NCBI RefSeq assembly: GCF_009914755.1
Contig: NC_060938.1
Length of the DNA stretch: 64,000 nucleotides
Direction: 5' to 3' (one strand)
DNA from: the human T2T-CHM13v2.0 reference genome, Homo sapiens
The translations under genes and the position numbers were made by a program. Positions 1 to 19,412 of the stretch are shown one piece after another (position 1 is the stretch's first letter; the number at the start of each line of letters is the position of its first letter). Under the pieces are notes generated by a model that saw only the letters and a program-made list of their open reading frames with translations, was not told the origin of the DNA and searched no databases.

Positions 1-558
1 TTCTTAAAACTTTGGTGAACACTTAAACTTGTAGATCAAAATATAATATTCATTGTTGAGAAATGGACATTAGTATATTTACAAAAAAATGTGAGGTGGG
101 ATTGTGTAAATTAAGAAAGCAGCTGGCTAGGTATTTGGAGGTTTCTGATGAGGAAACTTGAGGGAACTCACTTTATGTAGACTCAGTATATTCCCACTCA
201 AAGAGAAGATTAAATGATTGCTGCTTTGGAGCTTACTGGAGGCAGAGGGTAGAAGAATGACAGGAAACCACAGAAACTCATTTCTTCTCTCTATAGGGGT
301 TACACATCAATGATATGTGCTTCATTCATGTTTGTTAGTGAACTGGGATGCACTTGGATATCAAAACATTGGCAGTTTTCTTTAAAACAATGCTGTTTTT
401 GATGAAATAGCCATTGTATAAAAGTACCTCAGAGGCTGCTATGCTATAGCATATCAAACTGACTAGAAAAAAAACAAACGAGAAATTTATTTCTTTAGTA
501 CTAAAAGTGTAACTGTCAATAATCATGGCAAATATTTTGATATGTAAAAGTTGATTAA

Positions 559-870
<312 letters not shown>

Positions 871-1140
871 TCAATGGTGATTCAGAGATTTTTGGTTACA
901 TTTTGTAAATGAAAATCTGAGTACTCATTAGTTATTTGATGTGTAACATATACTTTTTTTGCATAAGGGAATGAAAAGATGGCAAGAGAACTAAAGTTGA
1001 GAATCCAGAAGTTGAAAATATCAGAAGTCTTCATGACTGTGGATAACATGAGTATTTTTAGAAACGATTTTTCTCCAAGTAGATATCTAAACTAATGATT
1101 GAGAGCATTTCCTGCCAGCAGAAGCGAATGATACATTTTC

Positions 1141-1441
1141 TTTTCTTTTCTTTTTTTTTGAGACCGAGTCTCGCTCTGTCACCCAGGCTTGAATGCAGTT
1201 GCGGGATCTCATCTCACTGCCAACTCCGCCTCCCGGGGTTCACGCCATTCTCCTGCCTCAGCCTCCTGAGTAGCTGGGACTACAGGCGCCTGCCACCAAG
1301 CCCAGCTACTTTTATGCATTTTTAGTAGAGATGGGGTTTCACGGTGTTAGCCAGGATGGTATCGATCTGCTGACTTCGTGATCTGCCCGCCTCGGCCTCC
1401 CAAAGTGCTGGGATTACAGGCGTGAGCCACCGCGCCCGGCC
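1141..1441 (-). mobile_element. AluY-like
   Basis: CpG-rich dimer. TSD gcgaat(g/a)atacattttc (1124-1140, 1442-1458). Confidence 0.95.
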
Positions 1442-1849
1442 GCGAATAATACATTTTCATGCTCTCTCATTGCAACTTCATAGTTTCTAACATTTATTCT
1501 TCTGGGGTCCGCTTTGGTTCTCTCATTTGACGTCACTTTTTTTGGCTTCATCCAGCAGATTCGCATTCGTAGAAATACTTTTCTATGTTACTTGTAGTCA
1601 TGTGAAACCTAATCTCACCCTTGCAATCTGGACTGCATGTTTTATAGAATCTATATTGTGATTTTTCATGTGTATATTCCTGTCATGTTTGTGTGTTAAC
1701 CAAAACAAGAGCAAAGCAACCCAAAGCCTAATGGGTAACAATTTCAAGGGCAAGGACGAAGATTTCAGCTGGATACAAACACTGCATGATTGATGGTAGG
1801 CTATGTCATATTTCCCTGTAGTCAATTTTGTGTTCCTTTTGTTTTTTCG

Positions 1850-2188
<339 letters not shown>

Positions 2189-4492
2189 TGATATTTAAGG
2201 CATAAGGCGGACATTTTACACCATGAGCTCTAGCCCAAATGCTTTTCCTTTAAAGTTGTCATCATCTGAAGATCCCAGTTTTGAATTCCTGTGCATGTTA
2301 GGGATTTGAGGAGGTGTATTTTGACACTAAGTATTTTCAGTGCTTCAAAATTGATTGGAATACTCTTCTCTCTTCTTCATCTAGAGAAAAGCTATACCTG
2401 CTGACGTTACAATTGTTTTAGAACTTCAACTCCTTTATGTCAGTGTTGTTACATTGAGAATCTTAACTTAATCACATCTTCTGATTACCAGATTGAGTTT
2501 CTGCATGTGTATGTGTGTGTGCATCTCAGATTAAGAATGAATAAAATGATTAATCATTCTTTTGTAACTCTTTGGTAGATACAGTGTTTTAAAACAATGA
2601 TTCTGAGCTGTTTTGGCCTTAGAATATTTTGTTCTACTACAATTTATTGCCTACAGGTAGCCAACAGCCTGAATTAACGTTTTTTACTTTTAAGTCACTG
2701 CAATGCACATTAAAAATACTTTACAAGATACTTGCACTTTCATAGGTAATATGTAGAATCTGTTTCCAAGTATCAAGTCTTCTATACGATTTCACACAGC
2801 GTACATAATAGCTGCAACTCGGCTTTTCTAATCAGTGGTATATATTTTGGATCTATCCAGGTTGACACAATTTGTTCATCTTTGATTTGTTGTATGGTCT
2901 TGTGGTATGCCATTTTATGACTGCACCACAATTAATTAAAGTCTCTTCATGCTGATACAAAATGAACATAAATATGATGACATGCCAACATAGATTTGCT
3001 TATGTGGTTGTCTTTATTGATTTGTACTATATAAGAAATTAAATAGAAGTATTTCAGATACCCTGAGTATAGCTGTATACACTGCCATAGCTGTATTGAC
3101 TACATTCATTACCCCTTAGAGCCATGTTTTTCCATCATATTATGACTCTGAAAAGCCCTAGTGTATGCTTTTCAGAGAATGACATTGGAAAGAAGAAACG
3201 GCCAAAGTATCATTTGGTACCTTGGCTTCCTTACATAGATGTTGAACTCCAAGAATGATCAAATCACAGTTTAGAACCCCTTTGTTGGCCCTATAAAGGG
3301 TTTCCGGATATCAAATGATAAATAGTCTCCAGATGAAGAAATGCTCTATAACGCCCCACCGCTGTGTTTTCCTATATTTTGTCCTTTTCTGAAAACTCTA
3401 AATACACGAATTTTTGGTAGAAATGAAAATCTTTCTGTTTTATATATTTGTTTCTGTCCATGGCACTCTGATATCTTTGAATCTAGTAAGGATATAGCCT
3501 TGTCTTATTTATACCAGCAAGCAGTGTTGTCACTTAATGCTCTCATTTTTCACGTAAATGACTGACATTTTCCCAAGTCTTCACAAGTGATTTTTGAAGA
3601 CGTTGCTGCATTAAGCAGAGACTATGTCATTGTAATTGCAGAAGTTTTTAAATTAAATATGTTTAATAAAATTTTAGAGCCTGTTTCTGTGGAACACGTA
3701 ACACATAATGGTGGTGTAATGTGTATTTAACCATAAATTAGCTTCACAAAAATTTGTGTACTTAAAAGTGTTTATATCCAAAGAAATTCTTATTTACTGC
3801 TCAGTAATCTCTTGTGTAGAAGAAAATATGTAACATAGTTTGCTGAGTCTTTGATAATAACCCCCAGTGTAAAATAAAGCTGTAAAGATGAAATGAGAGT
3901 TGATACTCAATGAAACTGATGTGAGTGAATACAAACTATGAAACTGTGTCTAGGGGAGAGAGGAGGACATGGGGCTGCTATTGTGAAGAAGGAATTTGTA
4001 CAAGTTAGTCCATTTTCTGTAACTTTTATATTCTAATAAAGGAAAACCATATCTTCATATTTATAAAAATGGGATTTTACTGGTTTGATCACAGGGGTTG
4101 TGAGAATAATGAAGAACAAAATGTGGAAGGCAAAGAATGAAGACCAGATAGTGAGATTAGATTTATCAACAAAAAAGAGTGCAAGTGGGGTGGGATGGTG
4201 TAAATAAAGACAGCAGCTGGCTAGGTATTTGGGGGTTTCTGATGAGGAAACCTGAGAAAACTCACTTTATGTGGACCTGGTATATTCGCAGTCGAACAGA
4301 ATATTCGATTATTGTTGCTTCAGAGCTTAATGGAAGCAGAGGTGGAAGAATGAGTAAACCACAGGGACTCAATTCTTCTCTCTGTAGGGGTAACACATCG
4401 ACACTAGGATAGGTGCTTCATGTTAGCAAAATGCGATGCAGTGCATGTCAAACTGTGGAAGCAAAACAATCAAGAAATAAATTTCTTAAGTA

Positions 4493-4560
4493 TTATTTAT
4501 TTATTTATCGTTATTATACTTTAAGTTTTAGGGTACATGTGCACAACGTGCAGGTTTGTT
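4493..4560 (-). mobile_element. Extremely 5'-truncated L1PA 3' end
   Basis: ttatactttaagttttagggtacatgtgcacaacgtgcaggtttgtt plus T-rich tail. Absent from the paralogous position near 500. Confidence 0.85.
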
Positions 4561-5204
4561 AAAATGTAACTGTCAATGATCATGGCAAATATTTTGATAT
4601 ATAAAAGGTGATTAACATGAAAAAAGCCTCTGATATTTCAAATATTTTGGTTAGATTTGTTTTATGGGAATCTAATTACATATTAGGTATTTGGAGTGTA
4701 ATGTATACATTTCTTGCATAAGTGAATGAAGAGATGGCAGGAGGGCTAAAGTTGAGAATCCAGGAAATGGAAAAACACCAGAAGTCTGCATGACTGTGGA
4801 CAACATGAGTATTTTTGTTAACTATGCTTCTGTATGTAGATATCTGAACTAATGAACTGAGAATACATCCTGCAAGCAGAAGGGAATGATACATTTTAAT
4901 GAAACTGATAGTTTTTAAGTTAGAGGACAAAATGAAGAACACGAAAACTATTGTAGTATTGTAGTATAAATGGTTCTTGGGTGATTTCTTCAGGGTACAC
5001 CATAGCGTTCTACCATGGGCTTTGACATTTATCCTCCTGGGGTCCTTTCATTTGACATCACATTTTTTGGCTTCAGTTAAGAGAATCACATTGGTAGAAG
5101 TACTTCCTTGTGTTAGTTGTAGTCATGTGAAACCTAATCTCTCTCTTGAAATCTGGACTACATGTTTTATGAAAACTTAATTATGTGTCCCTTTTGCTTT
5201 GTAG

Positions 5205-5501
<297 letters not shown>

Positions 5502-6089
5502 TAGAAGGATTTGATCTAAATGATGCTGATGCTGTTGTTAGTGTCTATGATTATAAAATGATATTTAGAAGAACAAGGAAAAGAAATGTTTAAAATGTGA
5601 GCTCTAGCTCAGATGCTTTTCCTTTTAGGTTGTGATAAATATCCAATGTGGAATTTGTATGCATGTTAGGGGTTCAAGGAGGTGAATTTTGAAACTATAA
5701 ATATTTTTCAGTGTTTCAATTTCTGGTTGCAATACTGTCCTTTACCTAGAGAAAAGCTATACCAGCTGACATTACAATTGTGTTAGAACTTCAACTTCTT
5801 TATGTCGGTGTTGCCACACTGAGAACCTTCAAATCCTCACCCAGTCACATGCTCTGATTACCAGCTTTTGAATTTCTGCATGTGTATGTGCGTGTGTGCT
5901 TTTGTTTGTGAGTTTGGGTGTGTGTGATACCTCTGATTCTGGAAAATGAATAAAGTCATTAATCATTTTTTGGTGACTCTTTGGTAGATACAGGGTTTTA
6001 AAGCAATGATTCTGAGCTGTTTTAGCCTTAGAATCTTTTCTACTACTACAATTCATTGCCTACAGGTAACCAACAACCTGAATTAATGT

Positions 6090-7055
6090 TGGTTCGTTTG
6101 TTTTGTATTATACCATAAGTTCAGGGATACATGTGAAGAACATGCAGGTTTTTTACATAGGCATACATGTGCCTTGGTGGTTTACTGTACCCATCAACCC
6201 ATCAGCTACATTAGGTATTTCTACTAATACTATCCCTCCCCTAGGACCCCAACCCCCTGACAGGCCCCGGTGTGTGATGTTCGCCTCCCTGTGTCCATGT
6301 GTTCTCATTGTTCAACTCCCACTTACGAGTGAGAAAATGTGGTGTTTGGTTTTCTTTTCCTGTGTTAGTTTGCTGAGAATGATGGTTTCAGGCTTCATCC
6401 ATGTCTTTGCAAAGGACGTGAACTCATCCTTTTTTATGGCTGCATAGTATTCCATGATGTGTATATGCCACATTTTCTTTATCCAGCCTATCACTGATGG
6501 GCATGCGGGTTGGGTCCAAGTCTTTGCTATTGTGAATAGTGCTGCAATAGACATACATGTGCATGTGTCTTTAGAGTAGAATGATTTTTAATCTTTGGGG
6601 TATGTATTCAGTAATGGGATTGCTGGGTCAAATAGTATTTCTTGTTCTAGATCCTTGAAGAATCACCACACTGTCTTCCACAGTGGTTGAAATAATTGAC
6701 ACTCCCACCAACAATATAAAAGTGTTCCTATTTCTCCACATCCTCTCCAGCATCTGTTGTTTCCTGACTTTTTAATGATCACCGTTCTAACTGGCGTGAG
6801 ATGGTATCTCATTGTGGTTTTGATTTGCATTTCTCTAATGTTCAGTGATGATGAGCCTTTTTTTCATATGTTTACTGGCTGAATAGATGTCTTCCTTTGA
6901 GCATATCCTTCACCCACTTTTTGATGAGGTTGTCTGTTCTTTTCTCATAAATTTGTTTAAGTTCCTTTTAGATTCTGGATATTAGCCTTTTGTCAGATGG
7001 AGAGATTGCAAACATTTTCTCCTGTTCTGTGGGTTGCCTGTTCACTCTGATAATG
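6090..7055 (-). mobile_element. L1PA (approx. L1PA7-like) 3' segment
   Basis: L1 3' UTR and ORF2 C-terminus on the minus strand (ORF 6312-6554). Confidence 0.92.
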
Positions 7056-8091
<1,036 letters not shown>

Positions 8092-11000
8092 GTGCAGCTT
8101 TATTTGGAAGTGTGCAATGAGGTACGTCTGAGTTTCAAAAATGAAGTAAGTAAGTAGTCATGCTTTCCTGACTCTTTGGTAGACAGCCTTTTAAGACGGT
8201 GATTCTGAGCTGTTACTGTTTTGGGTTTTCTATAATACTAAAGCTTACTGCCAACATGTAACCAAGAGCTTGAATTAAGTAAAAAGAAATCACCCAAATG
8301 CACATTAAAAACCTCTTACAACATATGTGCACATTCATAGATAACATGTAGAACTTGATTTTGTGTATTAAAAACTTGTAGAAAAGTTCAGGCAGTGCAC
8401 TTATTGAATGCAACTTGGTCTTTGTAAAATCAGTGATATATATTTCAGATCTATCCACCTTGACCCAGTGAGGTATTTCTTGATTTATTGTATGATCTCA
8501 TGATATGCCATGTGATGACTACAGCATATTATGCTCTCTTCATGCTGATACCATATGGACTTAAATATGATGACATACCAGCATGGATATGCTTACGTGG
8601 TTGGTTTTATTGATTTGTACTATATTAGAAATGAAACAGAAGTATTGGAAATCCTAGCAAGCATAGCTGTATCTCTCCCATGGCTGTGTTAATTGCAACT
8701 GTTTCCCCCTTAAAGCATGTCTGTTTGACATGTCCTAACTCTGAGAAAATCCAGTGTGTACTTTTCAGAGAATAGCAGTAAGGAGTGGAAATGGCCAATG
8801 GTCAAAGTGTTACTTGTCCTCTTGGCTCCCCTTCATGAATGTTAAACTCTAAACTACTCAGGTCACAATTTAGAACCCCTTTGTTGATCCCTATAGAGTG
8901 TTCCCAGATATCAAATGACAAATAGGTCTTTGATGAAGAAACACCCTGTAAAGCCATATTGCTCTGGTTTTTGTGTGTGAGTGTGTGTGTGTGTATGTGT
9001 GTGTATTTTCTTCTCTTTTGAAAACTGTAAATAGAGGAATTTTCATTACAAATGAAAATGTTTCTGTTCCATATTTATTTCCTGTCTAATGTACTTTGCT
9101 CTTCCTGGATCTAGTAAGGATCTCAGCTTGTCTTTTTTATACCTGCAAAAAATTACATCAAGCTTCATTTTTCATGTCAATTACTGACATATTTTCAAGC
9201 CTTCACAAGTTATTTCTGAAGATTTGGTGCATCAAGGAGAGACTGTCATTGTAGTTAAAGAAGTTTTTAAATAGGTTATATTCAATAAAATTTCAGAGCT
9301 TGTTTCTCTGGAAAGCATAGACATAGTGGTGTTATGGGTAGTTAAACATAAAATAGCTCCACAAAGTGTTGTGTACATAAAAGTGTTCATATCCTGGAAA
9401 ATTCTACTTTATTGCTCAATACTGTCTGCTGGAGAGGAAAATAGGTAAGATAGGCTGCTGAGCCTATGATAATAACTCATAATATGAGGTGAAAGCATAG
9501 AGACAAAATGAGAGATGATAGATACTCAAATGGATGTGAGTGAAGAACAGCTGTGAACGTGTCTATGGGAGATAGGAGGCCATGGGGCTGCTTTTGTGAA
9601 GAAGGAATTTGTACACGTTAGTCAAGTGTCTTGACACATTTAACATTTTAATAAAGCTAAACCTTATCTTCAGATGTGTCAGAATGGGATTGTACAGATG
9701 TCACATTACAGTGGTGGTGAAAATAATGAAGAAACGAATGTAGGGGTCAAAGAATCAAGTCCACCAATATGGATATTAGATTTATGAATGAAAAAGAGTG
9801 TATGTCAAATTGGGCAGGTGTAAACAAAGAAAGCAGCTAGCTAGGTAATTTGGAGGTTTCTGATGAGGAGATTTGTGGGAAGTCACTTAATGGAAAGCAG
9901 AGGTTAGAAGGATGAGGGTGACCCACAGGATCTCATTTCTTCTCCCTAGAAGTTTTGCACATCAATGATACATGCTTCATTCACATCAGTTTTTCTTTTT
10001 TGGAAAGCTGTGTTTGCTGGTGTAGTTATTTTGTAAAAGAACCTGAGAGACCCCTATGGTATATCATGTGAAACTAGATTTAGAAAAAAGGAATCAAATA
10101 ATGCATTTTTAGAGTACTAAACAGATAACTGCCAATAATGGTGACAATCATGACATATGTATATATATGTATTATGTCGTATTGGTTGGTTATTTATAAG
10201 AAAAGAAGTCTCTAGTGATTCAGAAACTTTAGTTTATTTTCATAGGAATCTGATTACACATTATTTCACTGATGTGTATGTTTTTGCAAAAGTGGACGAA
10301 GAGACGGTGAGAAGGCCGAACTGCTGAATCCAGGAAATGTAAAAACATCAGGAGTCTTCATGAGCATAAACAAAATGATTTTTTAAATTATAACTCTTAG
10401 ATTAAGTGAACTCACTTCAGATGCATTCAGAATATTTGCATAAAGGATGATTTGATTTTTGGCTGTTCCAGGAACTACTGGAAGCAGGAAACAGTGATAG
10501 AATTGGGATAAACCACAGTGACTCATTATTCCTCTTTGTTACTATTGGGCACCAGAGGTATATGTTTTGTTGATATTGGTTATTCAAATGAGATAAACGT
10601 GAATATGCATACATTGGCTTTGTTTTTCAAGGAGGTATTGGATAAAATAGCAACTTAATAAAAATTCTCTAGAGAATAACATGATAATTTAACCAGACTA
10701 TTTTAGAAGTGAAAATAATGTTGAATTCATTACTTGACTCCCAAATGGTTATTTTCAAGGAATATTGGCGTGATTTCCAGATGTAAAAGCTTATTCATAT
10801 CTAATGCTTGTAGCAATTTTATTTTGTATAAGTATGTCAAATTTGGTAATTTATTATACTTTTTGATGAAGTTTATACATTATACCTTGTTGCCATGAGT
10901 GGATGAAGATTTCGGAAGGCTAAACTAGAAGATGCAAGAGATGTAGGCACATTATTACACCATATGGGTATGAGAAATAATGAACATTACATACTATAAT

Positions 11001-11559
11001 TCACCAAACATATATCCAAGCTGATTAAGTTAGGACACTTCCACTGAAGTGATGTGAAGTGTACATTCAACTAAAGTGTCATTATAATTGTGTACCTTCT
11101 CACTGATTGGTCAAGTTAAAGAACATGATGAATGTTTGCAGTAAAATGTTCCAAATCATTCTGATATCTTGCATGAAAGACACGCGGGTGCATGTATCAC
11201 CTGCTTTGACGTTGATTCCCAGGTGTATGAGTTGAACTCTGATTTTAGATCACATTTGTCCTCAACACTCAGCATATCCACATTGATATTGACATGGCTT
11301 TATTTTAGTTCTAGACATATGGAGAAAGTTATATCACATTTGAAATTGTCAGTATATATTTCTTGAAGCCTGTATTACTATTTTCTTCAGTGTATTTCCT
11401 TCATGTTTAGTCCCAAGAAACAAAGTATAAAATATCAAAGCCTACAGTAATACAGGCAGGAGTATAAAACTTGATGCTAACATGCTATCCATGCATTAAT
11501 GTATGGATAACATTATCATATTTACATATGATTGATTATGTAACCCTTTTGCTTTTCAG

Positions 11560-11752
11560 TGTCTTCTCAGAAACAACCAGCTGAGAAGGTAATTAAAGTC
11601 TCATTTATCTGTTGAATTATTAACTGTATAGTCTATGAAACCTACTTTACGTATTATTTTGTTTTCAAATCCCATTCAGGCTACAAGTAATGAGAAATAT
11701 TCTGTTTCAAATACAGCCACAGAAATAAAGGGGGGACCAATATCTGGGACAG
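11560..11752 (+). pseudogene. ANKRD36: ANKRD36 repeat unit 3 exon pair (11560-11588; 11680-11752)
   Basis: (V)SSQKQPAEK / ATSNEKYSVSNTATEIKGGPISGT. Canonical AG/GT; 29+73 nt. Confidence 0.9.
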
Positions 11753-13423
11753 GTAATTTTGCAAAACACATCTAATGTCACGTTCAATCAAGATAGAAGA
11801 GAACGTCCCTTCTCCAAATAAATCAGTGGAGAGTTCATCTAAGCTGCACGTTCTGATTCAGTATGCCTGAGATTGTTCATTTGTAGTGAGTTCTCAGGTG
11901 ACCCTGATGCTGCTGTTCCTTGGCCATGATCTGAGTAGTAAGATTATAGACTTCCCTACATTGAAATTGGGAAGAAGAACCATTGGAGAGCAGTTCAACA
12001 CATACCAGGCTAAGGGAGCAGCATAATTTTGCTTTAATTCTACAGCATGTTTCCATCAAGAGGGGAAAGAGAACGAGATGAAGTAATAGATATTATAGGC
12101 ATCATATCGTATTGTTATAAACAGAGGGACAAGTGATCTGAATAACTCCACAAACACTGTAGAATGAGAACTAAGAAGACCACTGATGGAGCAATTATTT
12201 TCCTCAAGGAAGAGGGATTGTGAGGCAGGAAGGAGGAAAAAGAAGAAAGTATTTATGTAATTTTGGGGTTTCTGCTGAGGAAACCTGAGTGAACTCATTT
12301 CAGATGCATTTGGAATATTTGCATTAAAGAAGATTTGATTTTGGCTGCTCCAAGAAATACTGGAAGCAGGAAACAATGCTAGAATCGGGATAAACCACAG
12401 TGACTCATTACTCCTCTTTGTTACTATTAGGCATCAGAGATACATGTTTTGTTGACTTTAATTATAAAAATGAGATAAACTTGCATATGAATACATTGGC
12501 TTCCTTGTTCAAGGAGCTACCTCTTGGATAAAATAGCTATTTCACAAAACTTCTTTAGAGAATAACATGATAATCCCAACAAGGCTATTTTAGAAACAAA
12601 AATGATGTTGAATTCTAATTAACTCCTAAAGTGGTCATTTTCAATGAATACTGGGGTGATTTCTGAATGTAAAACTTATCAATATCTAATGCTTGTAGCA
12701 GTTTTACTTTGTAGAAGTATGTTAACATCGGTAATTGATGATATTTTTATTGAGGCTAATATATTATCCTTTGGTGCCATGAGTGGATGAAGAAACTTTC
12801 AGAAGGCTAAACTAGTGGATACAAGAAACTTAGGCAAATTATTACACCACATGGGTGTGAGAAATAATGAATATTATCTACTAGGTTTCAGGAAACATAT
12901 GTCCAAGGTGATCAACTTAGGACACTTCCACTGAAGAGACATGAAATGTAAATTTAACTGAATTGTCATTGTAATTGTGTATGTTCTACTTATTGGGCAA
13001 GTTAAAGGGCACGATGAACGTTTGTAGTATAATGGTGTAAATCCTTCTAATTTCTTGCAAGAAAGACATACTGGGTCATGTACCACCTGCTTTGACATTG
13101 ATTCTCAGGTGTTTGAGTTACTCCTCTGATTTGTCCTCATCACTCAGCATATCCACATTGATATTGACACGGTTTTATTTTAGTTTTAGACATATCACGA
13201 ATCATACCATGTTTGAAATTGTAAGGGTATATTTTGTGAAGCCTGTATTCCTTTTTTTTCAGTGTATTTCTGTCGTGTTCCAGTCTCCAGACAAAAAGTA
13301 GGAAACATCAAAGCCTACACTAGTGCAGGCAGGAAGATACAGCTTGATAATAACACTGCATGATATATGGATAAATTTATCATATGTACATATGAGTGAT
13401 TATGTATCCCTTTTGCTTTTCAG

Positions 13424-15220
<1,797 letters not shown>

Positions 15221-16096
15221 GTAATTTTGCAAAACACATTTAATGTCATTTTCAATCATTTAGAAAATAACTTCTCTTCCCCGAATAAATCAGCGGGGCG
15301 GGGCTCGTCGAAGCTGCACTTTCTGATTCAGCAGACCTGAGATTCTTCATTTGTAATAAATTCTCGGGTGATGCTGATGCTGCTGATCTGGAACATGATC
15401 TTCGCAGTAATATTATACACTTCCCCACATTGAAATTGGGAAGAAGAAACATTGGAGAGCAGATCAAGACATAAGGGGATCAGGGGACAGCATAATTTTG
15501 CTTTAATTCTACAGCATGTTTTCACCAAGGGTGGAAGGAGAATGAGTTGAAGTATAGATTTTACAGACGTCACATCGTATTGCTAAAAACAGACGGAAAA
15601 GTTATTGTAATAACCAGTAAAATTGTGGAACGAGAACCAATGAGACCACTGATGTAGCAATTATTTTACTCTAGCAAGAGGGATTGTGAGGCAGGAAGGA
15701 GGGAAAAGAAGAAGTTATTTATGTAATTTTGGGGTTTCTGCTGAGGAAACCTGAGTCAACTCACTTCAGATGCATTTAGCATGTTTACACAAAAAGGATT
15801 TGATTTTGGCAGCTCCAGGAACTACTGGATGAAGCAAAGAAAGCTAGAATTGGGATAAACCACATTGACTAATTACTTCTCTTCGTTACTATTAGGCATA
15901 AGACATATCTTTTGTTGATTTTTGTTATAAAAATTAGATAAACTTGAATATCAATACATTGGCTTCATTCATCCAAGTGCTATCTCATGGCTAAAATAGC
16001 TATTTAATGAATATGATTTAGAGGATAGCATAATCCTCCTAATGAGACAAAAACAACTATAATGTTGAGTTCATCAACTGACTCTTAAAATGGTTC

Positions 16097-16122
16097 ACAG
16101 GCGTGAACCACCGTGCCTGGCC
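16097..16122 (-). mobile_element. 26-nt Alu 5'-end remnant
   Basis: acaggcgtgaaccaccgtgcctggcc. Confidence 0.75.
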
Positions 16123-16269
16123 TAAAAATATAAGGTTTTATTCAGATGTTTCTACTTTTACATTTTGATACTCTGAAGTTTCCAATTTGGAATTTCAATA
16201 GTTTTTAGAGATTTAAAGAGATCAATTTTGACACTGTAAAATATTTGTTTTGCTTTAAAAGTCAATTCA

Positions 16270-17860
16270 AATTATGGCCACTTTGGTCTCATATATTGTG
16301 AGGCTGGTTTGTTATTAGGGGCATAAAGACTTAGGATTGTTATGTTTTGTTGATTAACTGAACCTTTTACTATTGTGACATGACATTTGTTATTTATTGC
16401 TAGAATTTTTTTTTTTTTGCTATGAAATCTACTTTGTTATTAATACAGCCACTCCTGCTCTGCTGCCTTTGGCAACTGTTAGCATGTATCTTTTTCCATC
16501 CTTACAACCAATTTGTGTCTTTACATTTAAAGTGCATTTCTTATAGGCAGCCTGCAGTTGGGTCTTGCTTTCTTGCTGAGCCTGACAGTCTGTATTATAG
16601 TTGAGGTTCTTAGACAAGTGTCATTTATAATGTGACTATTGATACAGTTATGTTTGTCTAGTAGCTGTTTGATTGCTATTAGTCCCAACTGTTCTTTGTT
16701 CCCCTTCTTTTCCTGCTTTCTTTTAGATTAGTCAACTGTTTTTTACGATTCAATTTTATATATATTTTTGGGTTTATTAGCGATAACTGTTTTGCTATCT
16801 TAGTGTTTAGGATTTTTAGTATATAATTTTAACTTATCACAGTTCACCTTCAGTAATATTATACATCATAGATGGTATAAAAATTACAATGATACATTTT
16901 CATTTTTTTCTGTCCCAGACACTTCCTACCTGAATCTGTGAGATTATGGTTTTTATTAAGCATTAGAATATTTTGGGCCATTTTTTCTTTAATTTTTTTT
17001 CTGTCTCTTCTTTTTTATTTGGGGAGTTATCTGTGAGCTGCTTGAAAGTTTCTTGCAGTTTATTGTGTCAAATTTAGGAATTTTTCCTTTGTTATCTCTA
17101 ATTTGTGTTTATTTCCATCCACTATAGTTTTTACTTCTGACAATGTAATTTGCATCTCTGCAAGTATGGTTTGTTTTTTTTTTTTTAAAAAAAAAAACCT
17201 TCCCTGCTTCCACTTATTGTCTTGAGTTTTATTTGGAGTACAGAGATTTACTTAAAATCTTTCCATGCTTGCTTTTAGATTTGGGGTAATTCCTCACTCC
17301 TGAGACAAGACCTTTCTGAATATTCATTGTCCTGTGAAGTATGTGGTATTTTGGCCTGGCTCATGGGAATGGACGCTCTTCCAGTCATTGTGTGAACCCC
17401 AGACATAGTTTCTGCTAATTTTCTTTAACTTTTTTTAAATTTTATTTTCCATTGTTCTTAGGAAGTTTCCTAGCACACAAGCACTTTTCATTACTCCACT
17501 AAATACACAAGAGGGAATCTCTGCACACCTCCAGGATTTGTTTCCTGTACTGCTTTTTTCTCTCCAGTTTTCTGTCCTGTGATCTCTATCTGCTTTGGTT
17601 TTCCTAGCCTCTCAGCTTCATCACCCCAGCTCTATGTCAGATTTTCTCCCTTTTTCATGGCCTTGAACCTCTGTTAAAACTCTGTCAAAAGAGCTGGGAC
17701 ATTTGTAATGCCTGCTATATTTGTTTTCTGTCTTTCAGTGATCACCTACCATCTTCATTGCCTGAAGTCCACTGTGTTGAAAATCATTGTTTAATGTATT
17801 TTGTCTGTTTTGTTTTTTATTCATTTAGATAAGATGAAAAATCAGTATCTGTTACTCCAT
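16270..17860 (-). mobile_element. Degenerate old L1M fragments
   Basis: T-rich sequence with L1 endonuclease-like traces (ORF 16429-16617). Boundaries approximate. Confidence 0.5.
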
Positions 17861-18313
17861 CAGAGCTAGTAACAGATTGCAGCAGAGCTTCAGCACAGCA
17901 CATGCTGCAAACCGGCCAGAGTGATTTTCTTTCCTCTTTGCTTAACTGCTTCTTTCTCATCCTTCATTTCTCAGTGTAGCATCTCTTCCTCACGGAAATC
18001 TTCCCTGGGTGAAGTATAGATCAAATTATCTTATGCAATCATATAACTATGGTTTGTGTTTTTTTTACAGGACCCATCTGAGTTTATAACTGTCATCTTT
18101 TTATCTTGGTTCTTCGCTATACTTTAAGCTAAAATAATAGCAGAAGTGTTGTCTTATCTTCAGAGCTTATTATAATATCTTCCACCTTGTAGGCACTCAA
18201 TATGTACATACTTGTTCAGTGTCTGAATGAATACATGTTAAAAATGCACGGTCCTTTATATCCAGAAATCTACTCATGTATTTTATCTCTACTTTGCTTT
18301 TTCCCGGTTACAG

Positions 18314-18583
<270 letters not shown>

Positions 18584-19058
18584 TAAGGAGAGGTTTTGTA
18601 ATTATGAACTTTCCTTCTAGGATTTAACAAGGAAGAAAGCTTCTTAATCTTATAGAGTGTGAAATTATTGGATATAATATCACTAGTTCTTAATTGTGAA
18701 TACTTCTCTAATAATTAAATGCATATTCTTTTAAATCATAGTTTTAATGGCTGTATAGAATTTTATGCTTTGGAAATCTCATTATTTAATTGATGAATTG
18801 AATTTTAGGTTTTAAAAAGTTTTTGTAATAATGCTACAAGGAACATCTTTTATATACACATAGTTTTCTACATTTCTAATTATTTACCTTGGATAAATTC
18901 TTCTGGTTAAAGTATAGACACTTTTTTAGATCTGTTTTACATCTTTGATCAATATTTCTAAATTGTTCTTAAGAATGTTTATATTAATTTATAATTCAAC
19001 CAACAGAGTATAAAACAGATATTTTTCTTTACACAGAATAATTATTTTAAAAACTATC

Positions 19059-19412
<354 letters not shown>

